NCBI GenBank assembly: GCA_964010765.1
Contig: CAXGMD010000066.1
Coordinates: 1 to 19,584 of the forward strand
Length of the DNA stretch: 19,584 nucleotides
From: an uncultured bacterium
Lineage (GTDB): Bacteria; SAR324; NAC60-12
Direction: 5' to 3'
Under the pieces are notes generated by a model. The model was not told where the DNA came from and did no database searches. It was given only the letters and a program-made list of their open reading frames with translations. How positions within the stretch are numbered: the stretch's first letter is position 1; each line of letters opens with the position of its first letter. The position numbers and the translations under genes are program-made. Positions 15,539-19,584 of this stretch are shown here, one piece after another.

Positions 15539-15922
15539 GCTAGCTTAGAGAAAAAAGAGTTCAATCAACAGACGAGCTACGTTCTAAGGAAGGCATAGCC
15601 GAAGTTCAAAAAATGCAGTAGAGTGGCTATCATTCCTCACAAACAAAGCTCAAGTTTTGTTGCAGTAAACCATCTTCAGAGAGCACCTGATGGGTGGAGA
15701 TCGTGACGAATTAAGAAATTACGTTTTTTGGTCTGTCCTGCAGTTCCTGCTAATCACTTGGGTTTTCAACTCCTGAGCTTGGGGCATTTGAAGGTCATGC
15801 AGCAACCTCTCAAGTTGGATTATCCCTGAGCCGGCCGCTGCCCATGGTCGGAGCGCTCCATTTTGTTTTTCTAGTCATAGCTGGAAGTAAGTTACAGGCT
15901 GTGCAATCGGCTCACACGATTA

Positions 15923-15931
15923 ATTATAGCA
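15923..15931 (-). promoter_or_regulatory. Extended -10 promoter element (TGnTATAAT)
   Basis: Minus strand reads TGCTATAAT in an intergenic region, pointing toward the CoA-binding/metY operon. Confidence 0.5.
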
Positions 15932-15968
15932 AAAAGCGTCACCCCCCTGCTACACTTCTAGCCCTAAC

Positions 15969-17123
15969 TCACCAGTTTGTGATCGACCCGTCCCGTCGTC
16001 TCAAGTGTGGCGCTTCCCAAAACTCGAAAGCTTGATGCTGCAAGCGCTGTTCATCGATGGTGATCCCCAACCCGGGAGTCGAGGTAACTGGCAGGACTGC
16101 TCCGTTCAGTCTAGGTTGATCTAAGAAGACTTCAGAGTCCTCAAATCCCAGATGTTGCTCTACGGGACTAGCCCTTGTTTCGAGCCAGGCGAAGTTAGCG
16201 ACCGCTGCAGCAAAATGTAACGTAGCGGCTGTACAGACTGGTCCTAGTGGGTTATGCGGCATCATGTCAATGTAATGTGATTCACACCAGCCGGCCACCT
16301 TCATTGACTCTGTCAAGCCGCCCACATTACACACATCGATCCGGGCAAACTGCAGGATGTCTTCCTCAACATAAGGCTGGAACTGCCACTTAGAGGCAAA
16401 CTCTTCACCAATAGCAAAGGGGATATCTGTCAGTTTGCGCAACGCATGATAGGCACTTGGACATTCGTCTCGAATCGGTTCCTCGATGAAATCTAGGGTG
16501 CCCCTCGGCATTTTTTGGCAAAAGCTGGCAGCTTCTGCGACATTCAGCCGGTGATGATAGTCGATGCCAAGAACAACCTCCTCCCCCAGTTGTTCCCGGG
16601 CCTTTGTGCACCATTTGGCAGATTCTGCCAAATGCTCCCGTGGTTCATAGAGGTCCTTGCTGCCGTGACCCGAAGGTGAGAGCCGCATGGCGTTCCACCC
16701 AGCCGACACAAGTTGCTTCGCTTGGTCGATCATTTCCAGACCTGGGGGAGCGCTGGTTGTTGCGAAGGTCGGGATGAAGTCTCTCTGCTTGCCACCCAGT
16801 AACTCGTAGACTGGAACCTGTAAGGCCCTACCCTTGATGTCATGCAGGGCAATATCAATTGCTGAGATCGCTGCCAAAAGCACGCGGCCACCCTCAAAGT
16901 ACTGGCTTCTATATAACTCCTGCCAAAGAGAACCAATCTGGAAAGCAGGCTTGCCCACGAGCCATTCACTGAAGTGTTCGATCGCACCAATCACTGCTTT
17001 TTCTCGACCAGACAGGCCGCTCTCCCCCCAACCAAAGATGCCTTCATCCGTTTCCACCTTGACCAGCAACTGATTTCGGATGCCAACTTTGACGGGATAG
17101 GGAACGATTTTGCTGATTTTCAT
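15969..17123 (-). CDS. Enolase-superfamily acid-sugar dehydratase (galactonate/mannonate dehydratase-like)
   Basis: GWGES, SAIDIALHDI, DYHHR, FIEEP, GEE and PHNPLGP. True start is probably ATG 17123 (MKISKI…), because the ORF-track extension overlaps the upstream gene. Confidence 0.9.
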   Translation of the reverse strand: MKISKIVPYPVKVGIRNQLLVKVETDEGIFGWGESGLSGREKAVIGAIEHFSEWLVGKPAFQIGSLWQELYRSQYFEGGRVLLAAISAIDIALHDIKGRALQVPVYELLGGKQRDFIPTFATTSAPPGLEMIDQAKQLVSAGWNAMRLSPSGHGSKDLYEPREHLAESAKWCTKAREQLGEEVVLGIDYHHRLNVAEAASFCQKMPRGTLDFIEEPIRDECPSAYHALRKLTDIPFAIGEEFASKWQFQPYVEEDILQFARIDVCNVGGLTESMKVAGWCESHYIDMMPHNPLGPVCTAATLHFAAAVANFAWLETRASPVEQHLGFEDSEVFLDQPRLNGAVLPVTSTPGLGITIDEQRLQHQAFEFWEAPHLRRRDGSITNW

Positions 17124-17151
17124 GTTGAGCTTCTTGAAAAGCGTAAAGGAA

Positions 17152-18249
17152 TCAGCTTCCTTGGAGGAAGCTGGAAAGTTTATTCTGATCAAAGACAACC
17201 CCATGACCGATAATGTCAAGAGGTTTGGCGTTGCCGTTGCTGAACTGAAACGGTTGAACCGTGTATTGATCGATAGGGAAGGAGTGGACTTCCAGGTAGC
17301 CCGGATTCGGAACACCTGCCAACAGGCTCACGTGCAGTTCGTGCATGCCATGTGAAGAGACCATCAGATCCCGATTTGCACAGAGTTGAGCGACTTGTAA
17401 CCATGGAGTGATGCCCCCGATTGTCCCCACATCCGGTTGTGGAAACCGCAACACGTTTGTTTGTAAAGCCGCTTGGAATTCAAGGAGTGTGTGGAGATTT
17501 TCTCCCTGCGCCAAGGGAATCTGAATCTGCTCTCCAATCCTTTGAAAAGCAGCAAAATCGTCAGGAAGCGTGGGTTCCTCAAACCATGTTACGGAGAGAT
17601 CTTCCATCGCCTGGCCAATCCAGATGGCATCCTTTACATCCCACTTCATGTTGGCATCCACCATGAACTCGATATCTGACGGTATCAGCTTGCGGATGCT
17701 CCTCGTGCGTTGAATATCTTGCTGCAGATCATCCAGACCAATCTTGATCTTGATACCCCGGTAGCCCTGTCCCAGTTTCTCTGTGATCACCTCCTGCTCG
17801 CGTTCCATCGTGTAATTCAAGTCGATGAGACCTGCATAGGCTTGAACTTCAGGCTGATTACCCCCCAAGAGTTTCCAGAGAGGTAGCTCTTGGGACTTCG
17901 CTCGCAGATCCCAGAGAGCGATGTCCAGTGCCGCGATGGCAAAGCTAGCGACCCCTCCCCGTCCCACAAAATGAACGTGCCAGTTCAGCATTTCCCAGAG
18001 TTGTTCAACCTTGTCAGCATCCTGACCAATCAGTGTTGGAGCCAGATCGTCAACCAACAGGCGATGAATTGCACTTCCCCCCTTACCCCCCGTGTAAGTG
18101 TAACCCATTCCTGTCAGGTTACTTTCGAGAGTGACCTGAGTAGTAATCAATTCAAAATGGGTGTGGTTGGCGTGCTTGGCGTCATAGAGTACTTCAGCTA
18201 GCGGAATCCGGTAGTATTTGGCCACGATAGATTTGATCTTGTTGTTCAA
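17152..18249 (-). CDS. Mandelate racemase/muconate lactonizing enzyme family protein (acid-sugar dehydratase-like)
   Basis: KIK (KxK), DAN, FEEP, GEN, QPD and SHG motifs. Probable TTG start 18249, 7 nt after GAGGAG (18257-18262). Confidence 0.9.
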   Translation of the reverse strand: MNNKIKSIVAKYYRIPLAEVLYDAKHANHTHFELITTQVTLESNLTGMGYTYTGGKGGSAIHRLLVDDLAPTLIGQDADKVEQLWEMLNWHVHFVGRGGVASFAIAALDIALWDLRAKSQELPLWKLLGGNQPEVQAYAGLIDLNYTMEREQEVITEKLGQGYRGIKIKIGLDDLQQDIQRTRSIRKLIPSDIEFMVDANMKWDVKDAIWIGQAMEDLSVTWFEEPTLPDDFAAFQRIGEQIQIPLAQGENLHTLLEFQAALQTNVLRFPQPDVGTIGGITPWLQVAQLCANRDLMVSSHGMHELHVSLLAGVPNPGYLEVHSFPIDQYTVQPFQFSNGNAKPLDIIGHGVVFDQNKLSSFLQGS

Positions 18250-18260
18250 GGTGTGGCTCC

Positions 18261-18788
18261 TCAAGCTCGTTCAAATGGCATTGTCTGCTCTATAGCTTCG
18301 ATCGGTTCATTTTGCAGGATCTGGTGTAAGCGGTAGGTCATCACTACATCCCAGGCGTTGTAATGCAACAATCGCTTGAGCCAGAGAGCGTTGCCCTCTC
18401 GTTGGTAGCGTCGCCAGAGGAAGACCGCATCCCGTCCACTTGCCTGGTTCAGATAGGCGGGACTACGGATCTGAAGATTCTCGCAGATCGTCTTTAGCCC
18501 ACCACGAAGTCCTTGTTTACGCCCGACCTGACAGAGATCGATGTGATCTGAGTGTTTTTCCACCCCAAAGTGCTCAACGAGAAAGGGTTCGTCAAAGCGT
18601 TTGCCGTTATAGGTGATCAGTTCTGAAGAAGCCTGCCACGCTTCACAAAATTGCTGCGGGGCATGTCTACCGGCAATCCAGTGTCCCCAACCCTGTGCTG
18701 CAGACCACCAGACAATCGTCGTGATCTGGCTCCGCGTCGGGCTCAGCCCAGTTGTCTCAATGTCCAAGTACATAGAATCGCTCTTCAA
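18261..18788 (-). CDS. YprB-like RNase_H_2/DEDD-type exonuclease
   Basis: YLDIETTGL, TYNGKRFD, HIDL, GGLK and YNAWDV. Confidence 0.88.
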   Translation of the reverse strand: MKSDSMYLDIETTGLSPTRSQITTIVWWSAAQGWGHWIAGRHAPQQFCEAWQASSELITYNGKRFDEPFLVEHFGVEKHSDHIDLCQVGRKQGLRGGLKTICENLQIRSPAYLNQASGRDAVFLWRRYQREGNALWLKRLLHYNAWDVVMTYRLHQILQNEPIEAIEQTMPFERA

Positions 18789-19040
18789 CTAACCACTAAA
18801 GAAATGTGCCGCAGTACAAGCTTTTAAAGGTTGAACCGCATGTTTTGCCAGAAATTGTCGCAGCCTGCAATTTCTCAATTCAAACCATTTCCAAGACTCA
18901 AACTGGACTGCGCGATCACTTTGAAGGATGCTGAAGCACTTACGATAGGAAATTTACAAATTCATTGAAAATTACCCCATGAGATTGAGTGTCGATCTCT
19001 TGGAAAAAGCGTATTGGTAGAAACCAAAGAGGAGCAAATA

Positions 19041-19584
19041 GTGCTGTCAGAAAACAAGGAACGCTCCATAGAGTTTCAGGGATGGCTATTTGGAATGCTG
19101 GGGATGTTGATTTTCAGCCTGACTCTGCCAATGACCCGGATGGCAGTGGAGTCACTTTCGCCCTATTTTGTTGCCTCGGGAAGAGCAATGCTGGCGGCTT
19201 TGGTGGGACTGCCAATCCTTTTGATCACATCACAGCCTCGACCCACACGGCTGCAGTGGAAGGGACTCTGGCTGGCTGGACTGGGCGTGATCTTTGGGTT
19301 CCCCGTCTTGATGACAGTAGCTATGCAGCTTGTGCCGGCTTCGCATGGCGGTGTGGTACTAGGCATTTTACCTTTGACGACCGCCATCACAAGCACCATT
19401 CTGCTGCGTGAGCGGCCTTCGGTTGGTTTCTGGATCTGTGGAGTTTTCGGCAGTGCTGCCGTGATCATTTTCTCCCTCAGGGAAGGCGGAGGCTCCTTTC
19501 AATCAGGGGACTGGCTGCTTTTTGGTGCAGTGATCTCTGCGTCCTATGGCTACGTCAAGGGGGCTGAGATGTCTGCACAACTGG
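19041..19584 (+). CDS. EamA/DMT family transporter (partial, runs off the window; absent from the ORF track)
   Basis: GAGGAG (19029-19034) then GTG 19041. Translation …GWLFGMLGMLIFSLTLPMTRMAV…GRAMLAA…GVIFGFP…VPASHGGVVLGILPLTTA… is open to the end. Confidence 0.92.
   Translation, partial: MLSENKERSIEFQGWLFGMLGMLIFSLTLPMTRMAVESLSPYFVASGRAMLAALVGLPILLITSQPRPTRLQWKGLWLAGLGVIFGFPVLMTVAMQLVPASHGGVVLGILPLTTAITSTILLRERPSVGFWICGVFGSAAVIIFSLREGGGSFQSGDWLLFGAVISASYGYVKGAEMSAQL

Noticed and set aside
7236..15690. Shared 13-mer AGAGAGCACCTGA in two intergenic regions (near 7236 and 15678)
   Set aside because: A few 13-mer matches are expected by chance in about 20 kb, and the flanks do not align.
15660..15720. 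SAM-I-like fragment (GGUGC…GAAGAUG on the minus strand) upstream of the metY operon
   Set aside because: It lacks the AUC.AGAG, GAGGGA and GCAACC core elements.
17124..17315. N-terminal extension of the 448-aa ORF (also the extensions at 3243-3320, 7142-7195 and 7908-7970)
   Set aside because: These overlap neighbouring genes or precede better SD-supported or family-typical starts.
18989..19468. ORF-track entries 18989..19411 (+) and 19163..19468 (-)
   Set aside because: Alternative-frame shadows of the DMT transporter starting at 19041.

Overview
Bacterial chromosomal window, about 48% GC by eye. Gene content and style suggest a marine SAR324/deltaproteobacterium-like organism, which is an inference only. 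It is a patchwork of mostly minus-strand metabolic and accessory genes. In positional order: NfeD and SPFH; cupin, umuD and a hypothetical gene (no umuC); an MDR oxidoreductase; a FlaR/adenylate-kinase-like P-loop protein; a DUF3883 PD-(D/E)xK nuclease; a GNAT; two divergent pentapeptide-repeat paralogs around a ~9% GC island; an aldo/keto reductase; a TerB-like protein; an orphan fliG; DUF1989; metY with a CoA-binding protein; two enolase-superfamily dehydratases behind a YprB/RNase_H_2 nuclease; and a partial EamA/DMT transporter. The strongest hidden feature is missing from the ORF track: a 71-aa SelW/Rdx-family selenoprotein gene (9593-9808, minus strand) with an in-frame UGA in a CxxU motif, a Shine-Dalgarno (SD) site and a clean bacterial SECIS hairpin. 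Several other unannotated small ORFs (a UVR-like helical hairpin, a single-TM peptide) and structured intergenic elements were found. No rRNA, tRNA, CRISPR array or transposase was seen. All family calls come from motif recognition by eye, not database searches.
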